64,000 bases of DNA. It comes from Chitinophagales bacterium (GTDB lineage Bacteria > Bacteroidota > Bacteroidia > Chitinophagales > LD1). Below, in pieces: positions 39,901 to 47,490 of this stretch. A model generated the notes under the pieces. That model was not told the DNA's origin, did no database searches, and saw nothing but the letters and a program-made list of their open reading frames with translations. Location: the NCBI GenBank assembly GCA_035299425.1, contig DATGWP010000080.1, positions 95-64,094 of the forward strand, in the 5' to 3' direction. Position numbers and translations under genes: made by a program. The stretch's first letter is position 1, and every line of letters starts with the position of its first letter.

Positions 39901-40467
39901 GCCGCATACAAAAATATTATCGGATGAATCGAGCGCCACACCATAAGCGTAATCGGACAAAGTACCGGTAATGCGCCGCGCCCACTGGTAATTGCCGGCT
40001 GAGTCATATTTAGCCACAAAGCCCTCTGGCCCGCCGCCCGATGTAAGGGTATTGGTGTTAGCCCCGGGGTCGAAATCTATAGCGCCACCGGCACTGAAAT
40101 AGCCAACAATTATTATCGAATCATTATTGCCCAAAGCCAGCGACATACCATAGTCATCGCCGGTTCCACCAATGCGCTTGGCCCACACATACTGGCCGGC
40201 GGTGGTGTACTTGGCAAAATAAATATCGTTGTTACCCGCCGATACAAGATTGGCAGTAGCTGTATCAGGGTTAAAATCTACAGTAGACTGGAAGCCCCCG
40301 ATTATATATACATAGCCGTTAGATACTACTAACCTGCGTACGTTATCGTTGCCGGTTCCGCTAGACTGGCCAATTTTTTTTGCCCAGTCGTATGATAACC
40401 CCCCTTGCTGTGCATAAAGAAGGACTGCGCACAGCGCCAAAATTGTGGTAGTAAAAATCCGCTTCAT
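33973..40467 (-). CDS. Giant T9SS-tailed surface protein: SBBP-like beta-propeller repeats, 13 tandem Ig-like Cys repeats, I-set-like Ig domains and a T9SS C-terminal domain
   Basis: ORF 33973..40503, with the start moved to ATG 40467 (MKRIFTTTILALCAVLLYAQ). The N-terminal third has repeated ...GxxYVTG...DFxP...DxFxAKYxxxGxxxW units. YQWKKDG-type Ig domains are present. The C-terminal tail is VYPNPATHLLIIKS.... Confidence 0.85.
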   Translation of the reverse strand: MKRIFTTTILALCAVLLYAQQGGLSYDWAKKIGQSSGTGNDNVRRLVVSNGYVYIIGGFQSTVDFNPDTATANLVSAGNNDIYFAKYTTAGQYVWAKRIGGTGDDYGMSLALGNNDSIIIVGYFSAGGAIDFDPGANTNTLTSGGGPEGFVAKYDSAGNYQWARRITGTLSDYAYGVALDSSDNIFVCGTIGSTNITFEHPFSPAVQVNFPAPADMYFAKYDYAGKCLYARAFQGGATADVVARDIAVDANNDVYITGQFLGTCDFNAGAGTANLSSSVNTDVFLAKYTNAGDYVWVRAMGGTTTTPNQYDNGFTLDITPSGNIIVGGAYWGVGVFGGIQITAQGSTLAGFFCSWTPAGTCSWARGISGAGTSNQAQVYQITHDDASNVYVTGRFTGAAVDFDGSPALFNIGASPSTANDIFIAKYDSVGNFTWVTSMGSSTTDEAFVIDLDDSANVYTGGYFTGTADFDPSVAGVQTLTSSSLYDAYIARHSPCNLVAPASITGLDTACLSLSGAVYTAAPVAGATSYTWTLPSGWTGSSTTNTIAVTSNTTSGTISVRANTPCGISTAATKLVTLTPGPSAPTSILGGISTPCVGGIYSFSASGGSGGNYYVWNVPAGATILSGADSIIITIQMPYTTGATSISVARANICDTSNFATRPLTITGFADGSVSPASPTICAGSSVTLTASVFSPTSYSWSNGLGLGATKTVSPASTTTYTVTMNTNSGQCADVDTVTVTVVPAVTAAISPATVTICNGQSATLTASGGTTYAWSNSGGSNATATFSPTTNTTYTVTVSDGTCSATASRLVTVNSNPTAGITPASVTICAGGTATLTATGGGTYAWSNGGGNSAQAVFSPNSATTYTVTVTNANNCSATASRLVNVNALPSANIQPASVAICTGQSATLTASGGGTYAWSNSGGSNAAATFSPNTTTTYTVTVTGANTCSATATATVTVNQLPTAAIAPATVTICAGDAATLTASGGTAYSWSNSGGSNAAATFSPTTNTTYTVTVTDGNSCSATASRLVTVNSIPSASISPVTATICNGASATLTASGGINYAWSNSGGSNAAATFSPTSTTTYTVTVSNGTCSATATRVVTVNALPPAAIAPASVAVCLGSSATLTASGGTTYAWSNSGGSNAAATFSPATTTTYTVTVTDGNNCSTTATRQVTVNQLPVAGINPSSVTICSGASQNLIASGGASYNWSNQLGTGSNKLVLPVATTTYTVTVTDANSCSATASSVVTVNPITNITTEPVSQTACTGSAVTFNVAAAGVGLTYQWKKDGSDINLATASTYNIPSLTINDADDYSVVVTGTCGADTSTLAVLSVVTSASISQQPLAQAVCVGAPLTLSVVGSGGNNTTYVWRRGSTVLGSQTATLNIASATANDAGPYSVVISGSCGTVTSDTVLVTVNNNPVAAISGNATICTGASTTLTATGGSSYAWSNSLGSNAAVTVSPATATTYTVTVTQNNCSATASQLVTVNQLPVAAISPASVTLCAGASATLTASGGTSYLWNTNNTTAAITVSPGTTNAYAVTVTDANNCSATAQRTITVNPLPVAAISPSSVAICLGGSQTLTASGGASYVWSGSLTANAIQNLSPTTTTTYTTTVTDANNCSATASATITVNSTTAAINGPSNICSGLSATLTASGGGTYSWSNSETTAAITVTPVSATTYTVTVTANNCTATASQTVSVQNTPTASITGSTSVCAGGSVSLTANGGNTYTWGNGLGTNSTITVSPATTTTYTVTASLGANCSASATHTIAILQPSASAFSQTICAGNSYSFNGESLTQSGAYNDTLVNAVGCDSVITLNLTVSPALTGDFSETICNGSSYTFFAQTLTQSGNYTETVQTQDGCDSIITLHLTVLAPITTTLAESICQGGSYDFNGDVLTIAGVYADTLASAQSCDSIVTLTLTIVDATAITTQPASTLTVCSGEAIDLNVAAAGGSLNYQWWKNDTLVSGAEAASFNIASSNVSDAGTYKVEVTGTCGTDTSDAAVVVVNATPAPVVQQNNAVLTSSVTGSSYQWYLDGGPISLATAQTYTATQTGDYKVDVTSADGCTGTSAEVNVIISGIANVASASIAVYPNPATHLLIIKSDVTLQAVEVHNVLGAKVLAETGNLARLDVNMLAQGSYVISLHTANGVVKKSFIKE
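35140..36220 (-). repeat. Five more tandem copies of the same repeat family (second block)
   Basis: Protein repeats begin NNNPVAAISGNATICTG... and end ...LGANCSASATHTIAI. Boundaries are approximate. Confidence 0.8.
36715..38465 (-). repeat. Eight in-frame tandem coding repeats of about 216-222 bp (72-74 aa Ig-like Cys units)
   Basis: The unit is ..P.A.I.PA.VTIC.G.SATLTASGG.TYAWSNSGGSNAAATFSP...TTYTVTVTD.N.CSATA.R.VTVN. The TTGCTCCA(G/T)GC (WSN) signature recurs near 36833, 37053, 37270, 37489, 37707, 37925, 38143 and 38363. Boundaries are approximate. Confidence 0.85.
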
Positions 40468-40529
40468 AAAATCCGAGTTTTGTTTGGCAACAATATTCGG
40501 CATGAAGCAGGCCCGAGGGCGACCTACAA

Positions 40530-40559
40530 TTCATGAACCCCCTGTTTTGGGTTCACGAA
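40530..40559 (-). promoter_or_regulatory. Inverted repeat between the RR1 stop and the start of the 2164-aa gene (terminator or operator)
   Basis: TTCATGAACCC and GGGTTCACGAA are separated by 8 nt and are complementary at 10 of 11 positions. No T-run follows on the minus strand. Confidence 0.35.
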
Positions 40560-40590
40560 ACGGCGGAACGTATAAAATGCGGGCTGATAA

Positions 40591-41346
40591 TCAATGTCGC
40601 CCAATCCTTATTTCGCGGAAAGAATCTTCAAACTCCTTCTTCCTTTCTTTTGAAACAGGCATGGCAATGCCGTTATCCATTTCTATAAAGCTTTCGAGGC
40701 GGCTATACTTTTTTACAAAATTGAGATTGATGAGATGCGACCGGTGAATCCGGAAAAAATTCTTTCGGCGCATTAAAAGGTCTTCAAAAAATTTGAGCTT
40801 TTTACTCACCAGCAGTTTAGAGCCATCGGCCAAAAACACATGTGTGTAAGCGCCTTCGGCCTGCAACTGGGTAATGTTGCCCACTTCGACAAACAACAAG
40901 CCATCGCTTACAGGCACCGCTATTTTGCTAAACTCATCCCCCTGAAAATTTTGCTGCAGCACTTCAAGCCTTTGTTTCATGTTGTGGCTGGTGCGCCGTG
41001 CCTTTACTTTTTCTACAGCGGCTTTTAGTTTATCTACCTGCACCGGTTTAAGCACATAGTCTACTGCCGAGTATTCGAATGCCTGCACCGCATACTCACT
41101 GTAAGCGGTTACAAATACAATTTCGAAATCTACCGTATCGAAAAAGTTCATCAATTCAAAACCACTAAACTCAGGCATTTCAATATCCAGAAAAACCACA
41201 TCGGGCTGGTGCTGTTTTATGGCCAGCACCGCTTTGGGCACATTGGCGCATTGCTCCTGTATTTTTACTTCCGGGCAGTGAGTAGTCAGCAAGGTTTCAA
41301 GCCCGCGGCGGGCTCTTTCTTCATCATCTACAAGTATTGCTTTCAT
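40591..41346 (-). CDS. Response regulator, REC + LytTR DNA-binding domain (RR1)
   Basis: 251 aa. REC motifs are MKAILVDDE and FLDIEMP. The C-terminal LytTR-like region reads ...FFRIHRSHLINLNFV.... It overlaps HK1 by 4 nt. Confidence 0.9.
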   Translation of the reverse strand: MKAILVDDEERARRGLETLLTTHCPEVKIQEQCANVPKAVLAIKQHQPDVVFLDIEMPEFSGFELMNFFDTVDFEIVFVTAYSEYAVQAFEYSAVDYVLKPVQVDKLKAAVEKVKARRTSHNMKQRLEVLQQNFQGDEFSKIAVPVSDGLLFVEVGNITQLQAEGAYTHVFLADGSKLLVSKKLKFFEDLLMRRKNFFRIHRSHLINLNFVKKYSRLESFIEMDNGIAMPVSKERKKEFEDSFREIRIGRH

Positions 41347-44228
41347 AGTGGTATAGTTAGCATAACCCTGGTGCCCTGCGGCAAATCAATTATCTGCAAA
41401 TCTATTTTCAAATTATAATAATCGCGTAATAAACGTAAACGTTCGGTGGTAGCATCTGTTGCAAAACTCTTGTGTTTTTTCTTTCGCGCATTAATTTCTG
41501 CCGATGCTTTGCGGCCTATGCCATTGTCTTCTATAATACAAACAAGCTGTTGCGCACGCTGTTCAAACAGTACGTTTAACTGTTTGCTGCCCTGCTTATG
41601 CAGCAGCCCATGCTTTAAGGCATTCTCTACAAAAGGCTGCACTATCATAGATGGTAGCCTGACTTCGTCTTTATCTATGCCTCCGCTCACTTCGATCTTA
41701 TAATGCAGCTCATCGCCAAAACGAAGTTTTTCAAGATCGAGATAAAGTGCCAACATCTCCTCCTCTTTATGCAGGGTTATAAACTCGGCACCTGATGCAT
41801 CTAACACCACCCGCGTAAGCTCACTGAACTTGCCCAGGTATAATTGTGCATTAGCAGTATCCTGTTGCAACACTAAATCCTGTATGCTGTTAAGCGCATT
41901 GAACATGAAATGGGGATTCATTTGCGCCTTTAGCGTAGATAGCTGCGAGGCAATCATCCTTTTCTCTAATTCGTTTTTGCGCCGTAGCGAGCGAATGCGC
42001 CAGGCAAAAAATGCAGATACTAAACCGGCAATGGCTATAACACACAACATAAAAAACCACCAGCGCTGCCAGAATGGTGCACGTATAATAATATTGAGGT
42101 GCGCTGCTTCTGTACTTTCTACACCATCTTCGTTTAGTGCTTTTACTTCAAACACATAACTACCTGCGGGCAATGATGGATACCGCGCAAAATTACTCTT
42201 GCTATTGGTAATTATCCACCCGGTATCCAGCCCCAACATGCGGTACTTATAGGTAAACTCGCCATGGCTGCGAAAAGCAATACCCTTAAATGATATGCGG
42301 ATGTTATTGTTGTAGTAAGGCAGGTTATAGGCAGCCACAAGCGCAGTATCGCGCTCGTGCACCGCAAAGGCCGAAATAAAAATAGAGGGTGGCACCAGGT
42401 TTACAGAGTTGAAATTTTCGGGAATTTCTACTATTCCTTTTGGCGTAGCTAATAGTATTTTACCGTTCAAAAATTCTATATCCGTAATTTCGTTAGATGG
42501 CAAGCCATCGAACCTGTTGTAGCGTTTTATGGCTTTGGTAACCACATTGTAGCCTACCAGATTGTCTTCCGTTACCATCCATAAAGTGTTGCCAACCACT
42601 CCCATTTTTCTAACAAACCCATTGCTTATTCCTATTTCTTTATTCAATTGTGTAGCAAACACACCCTTATTAAAACCCAACACACCATCGGTAAGTGTGC
42701 TTACCCACACTATTCCATTTGCTGTTTGGGCTATATCGGTGGCTGAAACGGTATGTCCATTAAAGGTTTTTTCCTCAAGCGTACCATTTGTGCTAAGCCA
42801 TAGCCCATCGGTATGGCCCATCCATAATTCGTCATGCTGTTTATTTGCAAAAACAACCCTTGTTCGCTTACTGCGAAAAGTGTTTAGTGTATCTACACGG
42901 GGCTTTATACTTACAATAGCTGCATTAATTACCGAACCGATTAAATAGCTATCGCCACTTAACCAAGCCAGCGATTTTACATTGCTTATGCCCTGTGCGT
43001 GCGTAGCCTGCATAGATCCGCCGGTTTCGATAATCCAGGTTTTGTTTTGCCCTACAATAAGCTGTTGCTTTGCAGGGTTATACTCCATAGCCTGAATTTC
43101 GGTAGGGGTATTTTGCAGTGTAAGCGTAGCCATTTGCTTTGTTTGAAAACTGTAGCGCGATACCTTCCCGGTTTGATAGCCTATATACAAATTGTCTTTT
43201 TCATCTTTAGCCAATTGCTTTATGCGTGTATCGGCCAGTGGGCTATTGGCGGCGGTGTAAATCCACACATCAGTAGATGGAACTACAAAAATGCCATCCT
43301 GCAACGTACTGAACCAGTAATTGCCCTCTTTATCTAAAACTATATCGCTTACACTTTTGCCCGGGAAAAAAAGTTGGCCACCAAAGAGAGCGTGCAAATT
43401 GTAATCGAGGCAAAGTGCGCCGTTGCTGCTTCCAATCCACAATTTGCCTTTGTTGTCGTTGCGCAAGGCAAAAACACGTCCCAATGATGAGGGCAAGTCT
43501 ATTAACCACAGCAGCGAATCATTCTTCACCTCCCACAATGAGTTTTGCTTTTCGGTGCGGGAAAGAAGCAACAACCGCTGGTCTACCATATGGAAAGAGG
43601 ACATGAGCAGGGCATCGGCAAACCGGTCGGGCCGATTGGTGTTAGTGAAGAATTTTATACCCTGCTGGTCAACTACACCCAAAGCCTTTTTTTCAGAAAA
43701 ATAAAGACGGCCATTAAAGCAGTGAATGTCGGCAAAAACAGAGCTGCCCGGTATGCTTAGTATACTGGCAGAATTAACCGATTGCAAAACCTTTCCGTTC
43801 TTCACTTTGCATAAGCCGCTATCGGCTGTAAGCCAGGTGCACGCACTGTCATCAAAGCAGAAGAAGGGATAGTTTTTTATACGCTTGCTCCAGTCGTATT
43901 CCAGTTTGAGTGTATCGGTATTTACCGAAAAAATCTGGCTGGTAAAGTTCTGGCACCACAGACGGCCCTTGTTATCAAAAGTGATATGCGAGATAGCCTT
44001 GCCACTATGCTGTGCGTTTTTAAAGGATATAAAATCAGTGCCATCGTATCTGTATAACCCTGCATTGCAGCCTATCCACATAAAACCATCTTTATCCTGC
44101 GCAAGGTCATAAACCTCGTTAGATGGCAATCCATTATCATCAGTTATAGTATAAAAATACGGGTGCTGCGCAGCGCAGAAGGCTACCATAAAAAACAAAA
44201 AGAAAACGAGTGTGAATGGGCGTAACAC
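41343..44228 (-). CDS. Sensor histidine kinase: periplasmic two-component-regulator beta-propeller/Y_Y_Y domain plus LytS/YehU-type His_kinase and ATPase (HK1)
   Basis: 961 aa with a GTG start and a signal/TM segment. The propeller repeats are ...GLPSNEVYDL.QD..G.MWIG. The TM helix is WWFFMLCVIAIAGLVSAFFAW. The H-box region is KAQMNPHFMFNALNSIQ. Confidence 0.88.
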   Translation of the reverse strand: MLRPFTLVFFLFFMVAFCAAQHPYFYTITDDNGLPSNEVYDLAQDKDGFMWIGCNAGLYRYDGTDFISFKNAQHSGKAISHITFDNKGRLWCQNFTSQIFSVNTDTLKLEYDWSKRIKNYPFFCFDDSACTWLTADSGLCKVKNGKVLQSVNSASILSIPGSSVFADIHCFNGRLYFSEKKALGVVDQQGIKFFTNTNRPDRFADALLMSSFHMVDQRLLLLSRTEKQNSLWEVKNDSLLWLIDLPSSLGRVFALRNDNKGKLWIGSSNGALCLDYNLHALFGGQLFFPGKSVSDIVLDKEGNYWFSTLQDGIFVVPSTDVWIYTAANSPLADTRIKQLAKDEKDNLYIGYQTGKVSRYSFQTKQMATLTLQNTPTEIQAMEYNPAKQQLIVGQNKTWIIETGGSMQATHAQGISNVKSLAWLSGDSYLIGSVINAAIVSIKPRVDTLNTFRSKRTRVVFANKQHDELWMGHTDGLWLSTNGTLEEKTFNGHTVSATDIAQTANGIVWVSTLTDGVLGFNKGVFATQLNKEIGISNGFVRKMGVVGNTLWMVTEDNLVGYNVVTKAIKRYNRFDGLPSNEITDIEFLNGKILLATPKGIVEIPENFNSVNLVPPSIFISAFAVHERDTALVAAYNLPYYNNNIRISFKGIAFRSHGEFTYKYRMLGLDTGWIITNSKSNFARYPSLPAGSYVFEVKALNEDGVESTEAAHLNIIIRAPFWQRWWFFMLCVIAIAGLVSAFFAWRIRSLRRKNELEKRMIASQLSTLKAQMNPHFMFNALNSIQDLVLQQDTANAQLYLGKFSELTRVVLDASGAEFITLHKEEEMLALYLDLEKLRFGDELHYKIEVSGGIDKDEVRLPSMIVQPFVENALKHGLLHKQGSKQLNVLFEQRAQQLVCIIEDNGIGRKASAEINARKKKHKSFATDATTERLRLLRDYYNLKIDLQIIDLPQGTRVMLTIPL

Positions 44229-44271
44229 TAAGTGAAGGAAAGCAAAAAGTCTTGTTATTTGTGTAACCCAT

Positions 44272-44303
44272 AAAAAAACCCGCCTTCATTTCTGATGGCG
44301 GGC
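44272..44303 (-). terminator. Rho-independent terminator of the 1009-aa gene
   Basis: The minus strand reads GGCCCGCCATCAGAAATGAAGGCGGGTTTTTTTA. Confidence 0.75.
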
Positions 44304-44347
44304 CGCTCAAAACCTAACACTAAAAACAGAGACAGCTGAGTATATAC

Positions 44348-47300
44348 CTATTGTTTTATAAACCTTTTCGCGGCGCTTTTACCCTGGGTGGTTTTTACCT
44401 TCACGGTATAAGATCCCTGCGCCAAAGCGGCAATATTCAGTTTTGTGATCTGGCCTTTTATAAAAATTACCTGCTCACCAATTGCCGAGTAAACTTCCAG
44501 CGCTTCTATCTGCTCATCGCATACAAGCATCAGATAATCGGTAGCGGGGTTAGGGTATATCTGCATGCTGAAATCATCTGTGGCTATATCATTTATGCCA
44601 TTACATATTTCTACCACTACAGCCACGCTATCGGTAGCCACGCAACCTAAAGCGTTGGTAGCGGTAACCGAATAAGTAGTAGATACAGCTGGTGTTACCG
44701 TTTGCGAAGCAGTGGTTACACTATTGCTCCACACGTAACTTACATTGCCTGCAGCGGTAACTACAGTACCCTGGCCGGCACAGATAGTATCATCGGCAGC
44801 GGTAACTACAAGGGATACCAACGGATTAGGTACATTAATAGTATCTGCCACCGAGCAGCCGTAAGCTGATAAAGTTACGGGATATACGCCCCCTGCGCTA
44901 ATTGCGTACAATGCAGTGTCAGTGCTATAACGCACCAGGCCTACGGCATCATATTCTACCCAATCGTTGGCTATATCAGTAGCAATAGCCCAGCGCACGG
45001 CGTCTATATTCATTGCCGATGGCAACTGCACTTTAAATATAGTGGCTACCTCGGGCCCTGCCACTGCGGTAGCTGTATATACTACCGACCAGTTGGCGGT
45101 GGTTGCATCACGTACATATACAGTATCTATATGGCCCGGTGCACTGGTTTCATATATCAGCACCTCTGATGCCAATACCGGGGTGGTATATCCTACTACT
45201 AGAAAATCGCGGTCGTCGCCATAATCATCGGCAGTCCATGCGGTATTTATATCGCCATAATCGGGATAGGTGTTGGGCTCGCCAAGTAGTTGCTGAGCCG
45301 ACCAGCTGGTAGGGCTGTACTGTGTGCTAAAATCAATTACCAAATCTGCCCAGGTAGTATCGGGGCCGAAGGTGAACGTGGTATCGGCAATAGTTATATC
45401 AAGGGAAGTTGGGCTACTCAGTTTCACAATGCCTGCATCGTTTTGGCACAGAATGCCATCGAAAGATAGATCAGGAAGGGTTAACTGGGGCAATACAGTC
45501 AGGTTGGTAATTACTACACTATCGCAGGCAAAAAAGTCGTGATACCTGCCGCTGGTAGTATAAGTGTGTGCACCTACGGTAATACTTTCTCCGTAGCAAA
45601 GTGTCGGGAAATATTCCATTACATCTTCACTGCCATAATCAATATATACCTCTACGGTGCTATCGCAGCCATAATACTGGTAATAGTATCCTGCCAGGTA
45701 ATAGGTTGTACCGTTTAGGGTTACGCTGTCGCCACCGCAAATGCTGAATTCGTAGTTATGATAATCCGGCTCAAGTTCATGGAAGTAAACTTCCACTATA
45801 CTATCGCAACCAAAGTATTGGTAGTATGTACCGTACGAGGTGTAAGTCCTTCCGTTAATGGTAACACTATCCCCCGCACATTTTTGTACGTCGTGATATA
45901 CATACGGCGGTTCAATTTCAGTTACCGTTATAATTACTACGCTATCGCAGTCGTAAGTTATTGGGTAGGTGCCCTCTTCGGAATATACATTGCCCCGAAA
46001 AGTTACACTATCACCTGTACAAAAACTAAGGTTGTAATTTATTGCAGGGGGTGCGTCATTTATAACTATTGTATCTTTTGCCACGCAGTGTGCCGCATCG
46101 AACACGGTAGCTATGAATGTACCGCTACCGGTATGTATTATGCTATCGGCACATAGCCAGGTTACATCATTATCGTAAATATTGGAGGTGTATGGACCAG
46201 TGCCACCGGTAATGGTAAGACCCAACTCGTGCAGCACAGGTGCACAGGCAGGCACTACATTATCTATAGCTACTGAAAAGCCTATGCAGGTATTAGTACC
46301 ATTGTACTCAAATGCTCCCATATCAGGTGTGCCGTTGCGCAGGTATTCGCGCTGATCGAACAAGCCCGCTACGTTTGCTTCGGCTGCATCTATAGCCGGG
46401 CTGCCGGTTATAAGTGCATGTGTAAGCATGTAGTGACCGTTATCTCGCAAGGTAGTATCCAGCACATTTAAAGCGCTGGCACCGTAAACATTACCAGCCA
46501 CTACACCACCAATTACTGCACCGGCAGTATCACCAAATAAATTATGGCCATCGAGCGATTGGAAATCACCCCACAAGTCCTGACCCGCACCGGCAGCTGT
46601 ATTGCCTACAAAAATACAATTGCTGATACGGCAGGTAGAGTTTGGTGCGTTTTGCAAGGCACCGCCCCTTGATTGAGCATGGTTATTATAAAAGGTACAG
46701 TTAATCACATCCATTTGGCCACCGGCATGGTTCTTTACCGCACCACCAGCACCGGTAGCGGAGGTTGAGGCGCTGGTGTTGTTGCTAAACGTACTGTTGG
46801 TTATACGCATGTATCCACCGTTGTTGAATACTGCACCACCACCCTCGCCGCCTGCATCGGTAGTGTAGTTGTTTTTAAACGAGCAACCATTAATTATAAC
46901 CGTATCGCCGTTGGCAAATACACCACCGGCCTGGTATTGCGCGTTGTTATTAATGAATACACAGTTATTTAAAGTGCTATGTGCGCCGCAACTACTCATA
47001 AACGAAGAACCAAAGGCACTGTTGCCGTTATTTGAAAAAAGAAGATTATTAAAGCTTACGCGTATGCCACTAAGATTAACGCCTATATTGTAATAAATGC
47101 CGCTTATGCGCAGGCTCATATCTTTTGGGCCGTTGATAATACAAAATGTTTGAGGTAGCGGCCATAAATACGCATCGCCACCTACACATATATCTACTAC
47201 ATGCGGGTTGGCCATAGTGGCACTGTTATCGGCATTAGCGCTTGTCATGGCCCAGGTAAGTGAACCGGGATCGCTACCCGATAAGGTGCTTACATAAAAA

Positions 47301-47377
47301 TGAGTGGCATTGGCGGCCTGCCATGAAAAAAGCAGGCTGCATAAAACTGCGAGATGAAGGGTAAATTGTTTTCTCAT
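44348..47377 (-). CDS. T9SS-tailed surface protein: right-handed beta-helix (PMP / choice-of-anchor-Q-like), four two-Cys CDS modules, an unassigned beta-sandwich-like module, one Ig-like repeat and a T9SS C-terminal domain
   Basis: 1009 aa with a signal peptide. The beta-helix repeats include GGGAVFNNGG..., GAGGAVKNHAG..., RGGALQN... and DMGAFEY. It has four ...C.GDS.T..G.tY...G.Y....GCDS.V... modules. The tail is IYPNPATDYLMLVC.... Confidence 0.8.
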   Translation of the reverse strand: MRKQFTLHLAVLCSLLFSWQAANATHFYVSTLSGSDPGSLTWAMTSANADNSATMANPHVVDICVGGDAYLWPLPQTFCIINGPKDMSLRISGIYYNIGVNLSGIRVSFNNLLFSNNGNSAFGSSFMSSCGAHSTLNNCVFINNNAQYQAGGVFANGDTVIINGCSFKNNYTTDAGGEGGGAVFNNGGYMRITNSTFSNNTSASTSATGAGGAVKNHAGGQMDVINCTFYNNHAQSRGGALQNAPNSTCRISNCIFVGNTAAGAGQDLWGDFQSLDGHNLFGDTAGAVIGGVVAGNVYGASALNVLDTTLRDNGHYMLTHALITGSPAIDAAEANVAGLFDQREYLRNGTPDMGAFEYNGTNTCIGFSVAIDNVVPACAPVLHELGLTITGGTGPYTSNIYDNDVTWLCADSIIHTGSGTFIATVFDAAHCVAKDTIVINDAPPAINYNLSFCTGDSVTFRGNVYSEEGTYPITYDCDSVVIITVTEIEPPYVYHDVQKCAGDSVTINGRTYTSYGTYYQYFGCDSIVEVYFHELEPDYHNYEFSICGGDSVTLNGTTYYLAGYYYQYYGCDSTVEVYIDYGSEDVMEYFPTLCYGESITVGAHTYTTSGRYHDFFACDSVVITNLTVLPQLTLPDLSFDGILCQNDAGIVKLSSPTSLDITIADTTFTFGPDTTWADLVIDFSTQYSPTSWSAQQLLGEPNTYPDYGDINTAWTADDYGDDRDFLVVGYTTPVLASEVLIYETSAPGHIDTVYVRDATTANWSVVYTATAVAGPEVATIFKVQLPSAMNIDAVRWAIATDIANDWVEYDAVGLVRYSTDTALYAISAGGVYPVTLSAYGCSVADTINVPNPLVSLVVTAADDTICAGQGTVVTAAGNVSYVWSNSVTTASQTVTPAVSTTYSVTATNALGCVATDSVAVVVEICNGINDIATDDFSMQIYPNPATDYLMLVCDEQIEALEVYSAIGEQVIFIKGQITKLNIAALAQGSYTVKVKTTQGKSAAKRFIKQ

Positions 47378-47429
47378 ACATGTTGGTTTTAGTTGAAAGG
47401 TGAACCAAAGATGATTCTACCACCGGCCC

Positions 47430-47477
47430 GCAGCAACTAAATGGTACAAGATGCAACCTAAAGGGTATGAAAAGCAG
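47430..47477 (-). promoter_or_regulatory. Conserved two-box motif, copy 1, upstream of the 1009-aa gene
   Basis: On the plus strand, GCAGCAACT (47430..47438) is followed after 25 nt by GGTATGAAAAGCAG (47464..47477). Internal half-sites are CAACTAAA and CAACCTAAA. Confidence 0.5.
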
Positions 47478-47490
47478 AATAAGGAGTAAC

